A stretch of DNA of 64,000 nt from Oligoflexia bacterium (GTDB lineage Bacteria; Bdellovibrionota; UBA1018): NCBI GenBank assembly GCA_014378465.1, contig JACMNQ010000021.1, positions 4,898 to 68,897 of the forward strand. Reading direction: 5' to 3'. Shown here piece by piece: positions 1-10,338 of this stretch. Each line of letters begins with the position of its first letter. The first letter of the stretch is position 1. The notes beneath the pieces are model-generated. The model was given only the letters and a program-made list of their open reading frames with translations, ran no database searches and was not told the origin of the DNA. Made by a program: the position numbers and the translations under genes.

Positions 1-75
1 CATGGCCCGGGGAAGCGCAGATCAGAAACGTGAGCGCACCACAGGCACTGAGAGAGTTTTTGATGAAGGAGACTT

Positions 76-1104
76 TCATTTGGCCGCGCGAATCCGGATG
101 GTGTCGCCCACTTTGACGATGGCACCTTCAAAGGATTGATCAATGATGGCCGTGCTGGTGCCGACATCAACCCGGTCCGTATGAATGTACGCGATGCTTC
201 GGTAGGCAGGACAGATTCCGGCCGAAGGAATCTCCTGGTAGACGCCGAAAGTCTGGCGCCCGGTCAGGTTGGACTCCGCTCCTGCACCCAGGGTGACTTC
301 TCCCGTATTGGGATCAAAGAAAGTGACGGAAGTTTTCCAGGGCAGGCGGTCCAGATAAGGAGAAGCGGCGAGCTTCTGCATTCCGGCATCCATGGAGCTG
401 CGGATCAGCTTTCCAAGTGCAGTTTTGAATAGAAAATCCGTGCCGGTCTTGATCTGACCGAAATCAATTTCAATCTGGCCTGAAACATCCGTCGTCGCAT
501 GAGTGGTGTACGTGGCGACTGCGGTCTCGCACTGACCGTTCAGACAACTGCGAACGGAAAAGTCCATCGCGAGAAGGCCGACATTCAGCTGAACTTTTCC
601 GTTCATGTTGGTGACAGTCCCCGTTTCACCAGTCGGGCTGTAACCGAATTTGATGCCGACCCCGGCGACGTTAAGATCCAGACTCGTGATCGCGGCCTTG
701 AGCTCAAGATGAGGGACGCAGGGATCAGCCACCGGGGAAATCAGAGGTCCGTTAGACAGCGTGGAATTGACCACTCGAAAATTAGGAGTGGCGGAAATGG
801 AAGTTTCCAGAATCTGCGGTAGATCTGCCGTCAGATCAATCTTCGCTCCATTCGGAAGATGAAACGCCTGAGTTCCGACTTCAAGAAGGTGAACGGGATG
901 TACGGGACTCGGCTGGGTCATGGCAGGGACCTTGACTGGATCGGGGGTCGGTTGAGGTCTGGGTTTTCCGGCCGCATGCGTGGGCGAACTGAAAACAAGA
1001 GTGCCGAAAACTCCAAGAGAGCTGGCAAGTACCCCCAGAAGAAGATTCGACGGAAGGGAATTCAACGACGACATTTTACGCGACACTTTAAGACTCATAC
1101 GCAC
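76..1104 (-). CDS. Secreted protein, CsgG/HfaB-like with FlgT C-terminal-like domain
   Basis: 342-aa ORF with a hydrophobic signal-like N-terminus ending in THA-A. The pattern LGKLIRSSMDAGMQKLA...PWKTSV...VTLGAG...VKVGDTIRI resembles CsgG/FlgT-type proteins. Same strand as, and downstream of, motAB. Confidence 0.45.
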   Translation of the reverse strand: MRMSLKVSRKMSSLNSLPSNLLLGVLASSLGVFGTLVFSSPTHAAGKPRPQPTPDPVKVPAMTQPSPVHPVHLLEVGTQAFHLPNGAKIDLTADLPQILETSISATPNFRVVNSTLSNGPLISPVADPCVPHLELKAAITSLDLNVAGVGIKFGYSPTGETGTVTNMNGKVQLNVGLLAMDFSVRSCLNGQCETAVATYTTHATTDVSGQIEIDFGQIKTGTDFLFKTALGKLIRSSMDAGMQKLAASPYLDRLPWKTSVTFFDPNTGEVTLGAGAESNLTGRQTFGVYQEIPSAGICPAYRSIAYIHTDRVDVGTSTAIIDQSFEGAIVKVGDTIRIRAAK

Positions 1105-1306
1105 CTCATAGTTAATTTCAAATGGCAGTCAGCCAGCTCCAGCTGAACCCGAGGGGGAGTGGAAGCTACGGACGACTTTAAAAATACATGATTTCAAGAA
1201 CTTGACTTGATTTAAGACCCATTCAAGCTTTGGTAATTTCTTAAACTTCAGGAAATTCTCAGGGAGTGCGCCCTCAGAAAGCTCAGTCAACTGGCAGTCC
1301 TAGAGC

Positions 1307-1334
1307 CTTTCGGCAGGAGGTCAGCCTTTCATGA
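1307..1334 (-). promoter_or_regulatory. Candidate sigma28 (FliA) promoter
   Basis: Minus strand reads TCATG-N15-GCCGAAAG, about 200 nt upstream of the 76-1104 gene. Fits the FliA consensus TAAA/TCAAG-N15-GCCGATAA. Confidence 0.4.
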
Positions 1335-1396
1335 GAAAAAGTGGAATTTTTTGCCGAGCGCCGACTGAGGTCCGAGCGAGTCCAACTCTTACAAAA

Positions 1397-2320
1397 TCAC
1401 TTCGTGCGTGGCTGAAGTGAATGAATGCCGGAAGGGAGCGACGGATTTACCGGGCGAGTGACTGGAGCGACGTCAGACTGAGGCCGAGGATTCATGAGCA
1501 GAATTTCAATCCGTCGCTGAGATCCTTTCGGTCCGATTCGTTTTGCCTGACCCGCGAGTACCGCTTCTGATGAAGACGTGAGCGGGCGATAGCGGGAGAA
1601 GGCGGTGACGGAAAGTTGTTCCGGATCCCAGTCCAGGCGCTTCATCCAGTGCTGAGCGACCCACGCCGCACGAGCTGCCGACAATTCCCAGGTATTCTTC
1701 TGACGACCCTCAGGATGCGCGATCAACCACGCGGAATCTTCCGAGTCTGCATGTCCTGCGATCTGAACCGGCTTGCCGGCTTTCATCAAGGTTGCACCGA
1801 TCCGGTCAAGCAGAGGGCGCAGATCCGGATTGACCTCGGCCTCACCCGGCATGAAAAACTGCGCAGCCAGAATCTTGATCACGAGCCCCTGCGGATTCGA
1901 TTCAAATTCCATCACGTCTGAAACCGCCGTGTCCGGCATGAGTTCATGCACTTGAGACTCGATTGAATTCTGCATTCCTGGAAACGGAGAATCAGCACTC
2001 GGATCGCTTCCGGCCCCCGGGCCAATCCCGGCTCCGCTACCGACGCCGGGCCCAGTCCCCGCTCCCCGCACATCGCTCTTGCCGGAAGCTCCGGCTGGAA
2101 TTTTTTCACCGGCGAACGCGGCTTTCATTCCCTGAGAAACCTGTTTGAGCTTTTCCAGATTGGCCTGGGAACTTGCGTAAAGAACTACAAAAAGCGCGAA
2201 AAGAAGCGTGATGAAATCGGCGTAGGAAACCAGCCAGCGCTCATGACTGGCAGACTCCTCACCGCCCCGCCTGCTGCCTCGGGCTTTGCCTGACTTGCCG
2301 CCTGTACCTTCCGAACTCAT
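1397..2320 (-). CDS. motB: Flagellar motor stator protein MotB
   Basis: Diagnostic HERWLVSYADFITLLFALFVVLYA transmembrane motif with the conserved Asp. C-terminal OmpA-like domain (IAGHAD, NTWELSAARA, RRIEI). Confidence 0.92.
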   Translation of the reverse strand: MSSEGTGGKSGKARGSRRGGEESASHERWLVSYADFITLLFALFVVLYASSQANLEKLKQVSQGMKAAFAGEKIPAGASGKSDVRGAGTGPGVGSGAGIGPGAGSDPSADSPFPGMQNSIESQVHELMPDTAVSDVMEFESNPQGLVIKILAAQFFMPGEAEVNPDLRPLLDRIGATLMKAGKPVQIAGHADSEDSAWLIAHPEGRQKNTWELSAARAAWVAQHWMKRLDWDPEQLSVTAFSRYRPLTSSSEAVLAGQAKRIGPKGSQRRIEILLMNPRPQSDVAPVTRPVNPSLPSGIHSLQPRTK

Positions 2321-2339
2321 GAAAAACTCACCTGAAAAG

Positions 2340-3110
2340 TCACTTCTTTTCCCGTCTCAGGAACACCGAAAGCTTTTCCTGAAGAAAGAAGGGGTTGATG
2401 CCTTCCTGAATTCCGATCACACCCTGCTTGATCACTTCACGCGAAACGGTATTCTGCTGCGCACGCCTCTTGAGCTTGGTGCCGATCGGGATGAGAATGA
2501 GATTGGACAGTGCGACTCCGTAAACGGTCGCGACGAATGCGACCGCGATCCCTTCTCCGATTTTCGCCGGCTCATTGAGCAGAGTCATCACGTGAATCAG
2601 GCCCAGCACGGCGCCGATGATGCCGATGGTAGGCGCGTAGCCTCCCGCCGCTTCGAAAACCTTCGCGGCCTGGACATCTTTTTCGTAGCCAAGCTCAATT
2701 TCGGCATCGATGATTTCGCGGATTGCATTGGCATCAAAACCGTCCACCACATGCTTGAGGCATTTTTTGAGCAGAGGATCAGAAACCTTGGAAATCTGAG
2801 AATCTACCGCCAAAAGGCCTTCTTTTCGGGCGACAGTGGCGATTTCTCCGATCTCAGAAACGAGAGTGTCACACTGAACCATCTCCTGTCTGAAGACACT
2901 GGGAATGGATCTGAAGGCATGCATCACTTCTTCCATGGGAAAGGAAACCAGGACAGCACCGAGAGTTCCGCCGAGCACGATCAGCGCTGCAGTCCCCTGA
3001 AGAATCTGACCCAGGGTTCCACCTTCGAGTAATTGTCCGCCCAGTACCGCAGCGACTCCGATGACGAGTCCAAGAATAGACGCCAGATCGATCATAGGAT
3101 TTCCCTGCAT
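2340..3110 (-). CDS. motA: Flagellar motor stator protein MotA
   Basis: Motifs AALIVLGGTLGA, ARKEGLLA, GGYAPTIGIIGAVLGLI and AFVATVYGV. Directly upstream of motB. Confidence 0.93.
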   Translation of the reverse strand: MQGNPMIDLASILGLVIGVAAVLGGQLLEGGTLGQILQGTAALIVLGGTLGAVLVSFPMEEVMHAFRSIPSVFRQEMVQCDTLVSEIGEIATVARKEGLLAVDSQISKVSDPLLKKCLKHVVDGFDANAIREIIDAEIELGYEKDVQAAKVFEAAGGYAPTIGIIGAVLGLIHVMTLLNEPAKIGEGIAVAFVATVYGVALSNLILIPIGTKLKRRAQQNTVSREVIKQGVIGIQEGINPFFLQEKLSVFLRREKK

Positions 3111-3156
3111 AGAGATTTAGTGTAACCTCAAAAGGATACGGAGCACTAGGTGTCAA

Positions 3157-4599
3157 ATGACGGATTTTCTTTCACCCCAAGTTCACGTGCGTGGACAATC
3201 TCACTTTGATGCCCAAGCCAGCCTGAAGCTGAAGCTCCTGTCGACACTGGTTGACCTTGCAATCATCGCGATCGTTTATTTTTTGACATCGGGAGCCCTG
3301 GGAAGATTTCCAATCCCGACTCTGGGTGAAGGCGCTCTGGTATTCGGACTGGGTGCACTGGTCCGCTCGCTCCTGCAGTTCTTCACCGGAGCCAGTCCCG
3401 GACAGCATGCGTGGAAGCTCCGTCTGAGGCGCGCGCCCGGAGAATCACCCGAATCGCTTGGAGAATTTCTCCACTCACAGGTTCGAGTCTGCGAGCGCAC
3501 TGGAACTCCCGAGATCATCAAGGCTTCGCTCATCAGTGGAGTTCTCCTTCTGTCAGCCTGCACTCTCGGCTGGGTCACACTTCTCAACCATCCCCTCACG
3601 ATGGCGGCCTCGGGAATCCAACTCCCCGTCTTCGTGCCCAGTGAGCTTACCGGGGGCAAGAAAAGTCCGGTGCCTCAGGACGAAAAGGGCCCGGGTTCCA
3701 GCTGGGCGGTGATGCCGTTTTATTACAGCAATGGCGCCTGGCCCCTCCAGTTCGCAGGGCATCCGGTCTTCTACGTCGCGCCTTACGAAAAAGGACCGCC
3801 CACGCACTTTCTCGGAAGAATCATCGCTCGCTGGGACATGCCGGACACGAAACTCACGATTCAGGGGCCGATCACTCCGGCGCGCGGGAGCCCGAGGAAG
3901 ATCTGGGAATCCTGCATGAAACAAGCGATGAGCTGCCTGAAACTCCGCAAGGAAGGGCTCTCGCGCGCGGTTGAAGAAATGAAGGCTCTGAAACTCAAGC
4001 ATTGGAACGTCCGTTGGTTTCGAGTGGACAACCCACTCATCCCTGAAGACGAGAGACCTGAAGGCATCTACATTTCCGCTGAGAATGAAACGCGCGCTCA
4101 GGACCGCATGATCCTGATCAATGAAAAGGGCACTCAACAGGCTTTCATCCTCGATCGCCCTTCATCCGAGGGCGAAGGACCGAGTGCCGAACGCAGTCGT
4201 GCCGCTCAACATCTTTTTGAGCAGGCCATGGGCTCACAACGGGTCACCAATGAACTCGACACCGGACGCGCCTGGATCAACCGGATGTTGGCGGATGTGA
4301 AAATGAGCCCGGCCATCGCGGGACTCTCCGATTCAGAATTCGTGACGAATATCGCCAAAACTCAGGCACTTCTGCTGTCTAAAATTTCCGTGGAGCCCAA
4401 AGTTCTGGATGCCTACTATCATCTCGGGGGCACCGCTCTCGTCCTTGCGAGACGTGCCAACAAGGCCAAGAATGCGGAATGGAGTTCGGCCGCCAAGATC
4501 CTTCTGCAAAGCGCTTATCATTATGCTCAGGACATTTCTCCCGACGATCCGAGAACGCGCCAACTCGAATCTTCGTGGGTCGAAGTGAAAAACTACTGA
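3157..4599 (+). CDS. Membrane protein with RDD-like N-terminal domain and large soluble C-terminal domain
   Basis: 480-aa ORF. LVDLAII...GASPGQHAWKLRLRR resembles the RDD family, followed by a further TM helix and a helical C-terminus. Divergent from motA. Confidence 0.55.
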   Translation: MTDFLSPQVHVRGQSHFDAQASLKLKLLSTLVDLAIIAIVYFLTSGALGRFPIPTLGEGALVFGLGALVRSLLQFFTGASPGQHAWKLRLRRAPGESPESLGEFLHSQVRVCERTGTPEIIKASLISGVLLLSACTLGWVTLLNHPLTMAASGIQLPVFVPSELTGGKKSPVPQDEKGPGSSWAVMPFYYSNGAWPLQFAGHPVFYVAPYEKGPPTHFLGRIIARWDMPDTKLTIQGPITPARGSPRKIWESCMKQAMSCLKLRKEGLSRAVEEMKALKLKHWNVRWFRVDNPLIPEDERPEGIYISAENETRAQDRMILINEKGTQQAFILDRPSSEGEGPSAERSRAAQHLFEQAMGSQRVTNELDTGRAWINRMLADVKMSPAIAGLSDSEFVTNIAKTQALLLSKISVEPKVLDAYYHLGGTALVLARRANKAKNAEWSSAAKILLQSAYHYAQDISPDDPRTRQLESSWVEVKNY

Positions 4600-4777
4600 A
4601 GCTCCTTTCGTTTGCGTTTCTCTCTTTCCGTCAAAAAAATGGCCGTTCACTCCTGAAGCTGAGTTGAAAATGAAACCAATTGAGCTGCAGACGGCTCCAT
4701 TTGCAGCTGAAGCGAGCCGGTTGAGAACGACACACCTGCCTGAATCCTGAAAACCTCTGTAAGATCAAGAATAGCCC

Positions 4778-4805
4778 TCATCTCTGACACTTCATCATCC
4801 GATAG
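4778..4805 (+). promoter_or_regulatory. Candidate sigma28 promoter (weak -35)
   Basis: TCATC-N15-TCCGATAG, about 45 nt upstream of the TTG start at 4849. Confidence 0.3.
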
Positions 4806-4848
4806 GTCTCAGGCAGTCGGGGCACTTTCAGTGCGGGAGGATTCAGAG

Positions 4849-5934
4849 TTGAAAATCATCGACCAGCCACAAAAAAATTTCACGCGGAGCGAGACACTGA
4901 CTTCAGTGAACTCAGCATTTATCTTTTCATTCCCGCTCCCGGGTCTGCTCATCGCCCTGCTCACGTGCCTCTTCACAGGGTGCTTTCAGCCTCCTGCTGG
5001 CAGTGGTGCCGCAGTGTCTGCCTCGAGCTCCGCTCCTCAACCCACGCTCACCCCAGCACCCGGCCCCATGGCGGTGAAGATCATTTTCAAAGCCGATGGC
5101 AGCTCCTCGATCGGGAGCTTCTATGACTCTGAAATTGATTCCGGCACTCAGGTTGCGATCGCCAAAAAACTCTTTCCAGTCGATGGAACGAACAATCCCA
5201 TCGCCACGGGCGGACCCGGCTCATCGGGTTGGCCGGCCTGGCTCACCACCGTGCGTGTCGGATTGACGGGAACCACGCGAACCGTGGTAGCTGACCAAAA
5301 GCCCAATTGCGCAAGATTCGCCGATGCCACGACCACCCCCTGCGCGATCGGACCCGGAGGAGTTGCCGTGAACTGCAATGGTCCTGCCGGTTACCTTCGA
5401 GTCAGTGAAGTGGACTGCGGGAACACATTGACAAAAGGCACGGGCAGCGAAGCGGACCCGGTCTACATCCGAGTGACTTTCAGCGATCAGGTCGCGAATC
5501 TCGCCGCGCACGAAAACATCATGGCGGTTCTTGAATATGCCGCTGCCTCAATCAACCCTCCGCCGTCGGACCCGACCGCCTGCTTCACTGGAGGACTGTT
5601 CACTCCCGGCAATACCAATTGCAGTGATCAGACGTGGAACGTCTACCTCAAGAAGCTGGGAAACACGGCCGCGGCCAATCCTTTTCTCATGCTCATCCCT
5701 CCCGCGTACTCCTACCTGCGGCCGCTCTCCGTCAGCAGTGCTGAATCTGTCGGGGCCGGGGTGGCGTCCAAGCAGATCTTTCTGCCCCTCGCGTCGAATC
5801 CCGGACTCAGAGTCCTGCAGATCTCAAGAACCAATGCGACTTCGTCCTACACTTACAGTGGAGTGACTTGTCCGTCCAACTCACCCCTTTGCCTGGGCAT
5901 GGTCCTCTATTCTCTGACTCTCTACAGGATGTGA
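4849..5934 (+). CDS. Hypothetical lipoprotein (cluster gene 1), Cys-containing
   Basis: ORF-track start is 4831; TTG at 4849 is preferred because GGAGG lies just upstream. Lipobox LFTG-C followed by an Ala/Ser/Pro tether. Confidence 0.75.
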   Translation: MKIIDQPQKNFTRSETLTSVNSAFIFSFPLPGLLIALLTCLFTGCFQPPAGSGAAVSASSSAPQPTLTPAPGPMAVKIIFKADGSSSIGSFYDSEIDSGTQVAIAKKLFPVDGTNNPIATGGPGSSGWPAWLTTVRVGLTGTTRTVVADQKPNCARFADATTTPCAIGPGGVAVNCNGPAGYLRVSEVDCGNTLTKGTGSEADPVYIRVTFSDQVANLAAHENIMAVLEYAAASINPPPSDPTACFTGGLFTPGNTNCSDQTWNVYLKKLGNTAAANPFLMLIPPAYSYLRPLSVSSAESVGAGVASKQIFLPLASNPGLRVLQISRTNATSSYTYSGVTCPSNSPLCLGMVLYSLTLYRM

Positions 5935-5939
5935 ACGGA

Positions 5940-8900
5940 ATGAGACTGCGCGACTTTCATCACAACCCGATTCGCCACTCAGTTCTGGTGAAAAAGCCTG
6001 AGGAGACTGCTCCACAGATTTCTCTCGCTCATTCGGCGGTGATTTTGGTCGTCTGCGCCCTATTTTCCGGATGCATCGCGGACTCCAATGTGGTGAGAAA
6101 ATCACGAAAACCCGGCTCTGTCGTCGTTCCGGATGCTTCGATGGAACTGGAAGATGAAGCTCAGCCGGGAGTGAAGATCTCCTTCAATCACTCCAACTTC
6201 TATACTCTCACTCACCCGAACTCGGAAGGGTGTGCAGGCGACGCGCGTCTTTTCACGCACTACCTGACTGCGGACTCGAGCGGAGCGGCAACCCAGTTTT
6301 CAGTGAGCAGTTCGAACTCCAGTGAAACTTACAAACCCACGTTTTTGAAGAACGTCGCAGTGGATCTGACGGACTCCAATGCGAACGTGCCTTCGAATCA
6401 AGCCTACACCTGCTCTTATGGGAGTCAGCCTTCGGTTGCCCCACCGTCGAGCTGCTCCACTTTTGACTACGGCGCCATCGGTGGGATCCCGACTTCGCTC
6501 GGTGGCTCGATCCTCACGATCGGGGGCAATGGGACGAATGATCGGTATTCACCCGCCGCAAGCTGTTCAGCGTATTCCCTGTCTGATCCACTTTCACTGC
6601 CTCAGTACTGTTCGAGCTCGATCTACGCACTCGGGGTGGACTCACTTTCGTCGGGTGAAGCGGGCACCGACCTTGCGCCGAATCTGAGCACTTCAGACGG
6701 ACACTCAATTTCAACCTGGGCGAATCTCACCACGACGTCGACGATAACTCCGTCGTCAGTCCCGCTCGGGGCCGTGGGCTCAGCCATCACGTACGATCCT
6801 GGCGATCAAAAAGTGCTTCTTTTTGGCGGTGCTTCGCCTCTGCTGGCTTCAGACCCGACGGATACCCGAACTTACGCGGGCTCTGACACGGTCGATACAT
6901 GGACGTATGATGTCAAGACTCAGAGCTGGCTCAGAGGCAATCCCACGCCTTTCGCGAACAACATCATCTCCACACTCTATGACATCACACCGACCACTTT
7001 CACCCCCGCCGAAACTTCGGTCTACCTGGGCAAAGCAATGGGAGCACGAGCGCTTTTCGGCTACGCAGCCGTCCCCAATTCCGCACTCTCCAAACTGACG
7101 ACGACTGGCATTCTCGCCGACGCAAACGTCGACAAGACGGAAAGAATAGTCTCGGTGGGAGGCTTCACCGGGAGCGGCGTCATCCAGGGAACATACCGCT
7201 TCAATCCCACTTTTGGTCCTGACTGGGTGGATATCTCAAGTACTGGAGCTTCGATCGTCCATTGGCTCGACAGCTACCACACTCAGCTCATGAGCAATAC
7301 GGATCCAACGAGTCGCTTTCAACCGGCCTATCCTATCCCGGCTCCGACGCCATCGCCGACCTATATTCCGCAGTCGTATTCCTTCGGCAGCGTTCCGACC
7401 TTGACCGGTTCCGCAGGCCAGCAAGTAGGCTCCATCCTCAATGCAGGCGGGTTTGAATTCCTTTTACCCACGATCCCTCTACCCCACACTTTCGCAGCCC
7501 CGACCGACGGAAAAATGACTCGTCTGGACCGCAGAGTCGCAACCACCGAAGGGTTTTCCGCAGTGCCGAACACGCCCCTGACCGGCGTTTCGCTCGCACC
7601 GGTACGCTGGACAGCCCTCAACACGAGCGCCTCGCCAGTCGATTGGGTCGGCGGAGTGCAGGCGGTTCCAGGCTTCTCCAAAACGAAAAATGATTTTGCT
7701 TATTTTGGCGGGAGCTATTGTCAGGATTATCTGACGAGCACTTCCGGATCGACGACCTGCTTCGCTTCGAGTTCGAAATATTATCAGATGGGTGCTGCAC
7801 CGGGCACTCCGACTGTGAGCGGGGCCGCTCTTGACATCACCTACTACACGGGAGGTGCAATGCCTGCCACTGACCCCGGAAAACGCGCTGGAATGGCGGT
7901 CGCTCGAGGACTTGACCCGACCGGAAAAGTCATCATCGTCGCCTGGGGCGGGATGAATCAACTTGCTTCGACCTCACCCGACAACTCGATCTGGGTCGCC
8001 TATGATTCGGCTGGCTCGCCTGTCTGGCGAGATTTCACGCCGGGAGGAGATCTGCCACTTCCGCTCGCGAACGGTCAACTGGTCTTCAGTCACACCACTG
8101 GAAAATTTTACCTCTTCGGCGGCTACCAGACGACTGGGACAATCAAGACCGTCGCGGACACTTATGAACTGAGCGTCGGCGGACCGTCGTGCACGAGTGG
8201 TGGCTGCGCTTTTACCTGGAAAAAGCTGACTTCAGAATTGACCTGCTACCCGAACTGTCCGTCGGCACGGCGCTCGCACCGCATGGTCGAAGTCAATTAC
8301 AACAACGAAGATCCGACTCACGAAGTGATTCCGGAATTTTACGCAGTCCCCGGCGCGGTCGATTGCACCGCCGCCAAGCCGTGTTCGTTTGGAATATTCA
8401 TGGAAGGCGGAAGCCCCGACGGCTTCGGCGTTCTCTCGGATCGCTGGATGTTTGATCCCACCGGAAACGGCGGAAAAGGTCACTGGCAGAGAGTCGACTC
8501 GTTTCCTCCTCGCAGGCTTGCGGCATTGGCGTCGGCAGACTACGAATCCTGGGACGGTTCGGGACCGGTCCACCGCGCCGTGCTCTTTGGAGGAGAAACT
8601 GCCCTTCAGAACTCAAGCCTGGGACTGCGTGCAATGGCAGACTCCGCCCACGTCGCACCGACTCTCGGCGACACGTACGTTTACGACTACGATGTGAAAA
8701 CCTGGCAGCGTGTGGAGCTTCTCGGCAAAGGTTACAATGGCGCCTTTCCTCCTGCCGCAGGTTATCCGACCGAAAGAGACGCGAGACAGGCCTACTCAAC
8801 GGCCGACCTCACCCACTTTGAGGAACTCTCCGCCTTCAGCCCTCCCGCGCTCAGTGGCGCGATGATGATCACCCGGACGATGTCGGGACCGCAGACTTCG

Positions 8901-10217
8901 ACTGTTCCTGCTCATAAACTTCGCATTCCGGAAGTTTTTCTCCTGGGCGGTCGACTGAAAGACGGAAAATTCAATACAGTCGACCAAGTTTACAAATTTT
9001 GCATGGGCAGTACGGGCGAAAGATCGAGTACGCCTGCTTCCAGCAACGACGCCAGCTGCGATGCTTATGATCCCAATACGAATCCCAACTCCACTTCCGG
9101 AAATCGTTCTTACGTGGGACGCTGGCTGAAGAAAAATACGATTGCCTGGGACGGCAGTCCGGGGCACGCCAATGCGCTCGGTTCCTACATGGGCGCGGGA
9201 GCTTATGATTCTTACAACGACTTGATCGTCTTCTACGGCGGTTTGACATCGGCAACTCTCCCGGTGGTGACCGCCGTCACGAACACTCCTCAACTCGCGA
9301 CGAATGATGACTACATCTATGAGTACACGCCGCCTTCGAAGTCTGGCGCCGGTGCTGGCGTGAACCAGGACAATCGAAACGGGGTCTGGACTTCGCGCCC
9401 CATGTGCAGCGGAGGAGCGGTCGCCGTCACTCCTCCCACTTTCCGGTATGGACATGGCCTGTCTTTTGACACGCTCAACAAACAGCTGATCATCGTGGGC
9501 GGCTATAATGGCGTGAACGGCACACTTCTCAAAAGTGCCAGCGGCGCTCCAGAAGTCTGGAGCGCCAAGCGCATCAACAATCCTCAGGCCGCGGGTTACA
9601 CCGATACAACTACCTGCTACGCGTGGGAACTCAAGACTTACTTCGGCAACGATCCTGCCACGGGCCCTCAGACGGGACTTGCTCATGCTGCCAGCGTGAT
9701 GATCCCGAGCACGGGTTACAATTCCGGCTTCTACACCTTTCAAGACGAGTTCTGCCCTGGAGCAGGCCCGGCTGCCTCACCTGATCCGAGCACGAGCAAA
9801 CTCTTCGCGGGCGGAGCTTACCTCGACATTGATCGTTCGCAGCTCGGGCCCCATGAGAACCTGCTGCTTCACTTGACTTACATCCCGATGGGAACGCAAA
9901 GTCAGAAACCTGACGGATCACTCTACTCTCAGGCTGAAACTGCAGTCCTTCGCGTTCATCTGCTCAAGAGCGGGTCGACGGAAACGGCAATCCGTTCGGG
10001 AATACAGCCTCGACATCTGATCTCCGCCGATCCTGCGATCCATCCCAAGATCGTGCAGACACTTCACATCGTCGCGCCTCCGACAGGCTCCGTGCGCCAG
10101 GATCAGATCGTCATCCCTCTCACGGCTGACCCGAACATCGACCGCATCCGAATCGAGCGCGTTTCCGGCTCGGCTGTACTCATCGACGCCACCCTGATTC
10201 GCATGGGTTACCGCTGA
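5940..10217 (+). CDS. Very large lipoprotein with multiple Kelch-like beta-propeller blades (cluster gene 2)
   Basis: ATG at 5940, 5 nt after the previous stop. Lipobox LFSG-C. At least 10 Kelch-type motifs (KVLLFGG..DTWTYD..SW, KFYLFGG..DTYEL, RAVLFGG..DTYVYD..TW, RYGHGLSFD..LIIVGG). Confidence 0.8.
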   Translation: MRLRDFHHNPIRHSVLVKKPEETAPQISLAHSAVILVVCALFSGCIADSNVVRKSRKPGSVVVPDASMELEDEAQPGVKISFNHSNFYTLTHPNSEGCAGDARLFTHYLTADSSGAATQFSVSSSNSSETYKPTFLKNVAVDLTDSNANVPSNQAYTCSYGSQPSVAPPSSCSTFDYGAIGGIPTSLGGSILTIGGNGTNDRYSPAASCSAYSLSDPLSLPQYCSSSIYALGVDSLSSGEAGTDLAPNLSTSDGHSISTWANLTTTSTITPSSVPLGAVGSAITYDPGDQKVLLFGGASPLLASDPTDTRTYAGSDTVDTWTYDVKTQSWLRGNPTPFANNIISTLYDITPTTFTPAETSVYLGKAMGARALFGYAAVPNSALSKLTTTGILADANVDKTERIVSVGGFTGSGVIQGTYRFNPTFGPDWVDISSTGASIVHWLDSYHTQLMSNTDPTSRFQPAYPIPAPTPSPTYIPQSYSFGSVPTLTGSAGQQVGSILNAGGFEFLLPTIPLPHTFAAPTDGKMTRLDRRVATTEGFSAVPNTPLTGVSLAPVRWTALNTSASPVDWVGGVQAVPGFSKTKNDFAYFGGSYCQDYLTSTSGSTTCFASSSKYYQMGAAPGTPTVSGAALDITYYTGGAMPATDPGKRAGMAVARGLDPTGKVIIVAWGGMNQLASTSPDNSIWVAYDSAGSPVWRDFTPGGDLPLPLANGQLVFSHTTGKFYLFGGYQTTGTIKTVADTYELSVGGPSCTSGGCAFTWKKLTSELTCYPNCPSARRSHRMVEVNYNNEDPTHEVIPEFYAVPGAVDCTAAKPCSFGIFMEGGSPDGFGVLSDRWMFDPTGNGGKGHWQRVDSFPPRRLAALASADYESWDGSGPVHRAVLFGGETALQNSSLGLRAMADSAHVAPTLGDTYVYDYDVKTWQRVELLGKGYNGAFPPAAGYPTERDARQAYSTADLTHFEELSAFSPPALSGAMMITRTMSGPQTSTVPAHKLRIPEVFLLGGRLKDGKFNTVDQVYKFCMGSTGERSSTPASSNDASCDAYDPNTNPNSTSGNRSYVGRWLKKNTIAWDGSPGHANALGSYMGAGAYDSYNDLIVFYGGLTSATLPVVTAVTNTPQLATNDDYIYEYTPPSKSGAGAGVNQDNRNGVWTSRPMCSGGAVAVTPPTFRYGHGLSFDTLNKQLIIVGGYNGVNGTLLKSASGAPEVWSAKRINNPQAAGYTDTTTCYAWELKTYFGNDPATGPQTGLAHAASVMIPSTGYNSGFYTFQDEFCPGAGPAASPDPSTSKLFAGGAYLDIDRSQLGPHENLLLHLTYIPMGTQSQKPDGSLYSQAETAVLRVHLLKSGSTETAIRSGIQPRHLISADPAIHPKIVQTLHIVAPPTGSVRQDQIVIPLTADPNIDRIRIERVSGSAVLIDATLIRMGYR

Positions 10218-10338
10218 CACATTTTCAGAATTCGCCTGTGACGATTTTCTTCATGAATCTGCAGACTTGGATTGTCCAAGAATCAAGCACTGGCAAAAAG
10301 ATCTTCAGGACCTCAATTGTTCAGCTAAGCGTTTGTTC

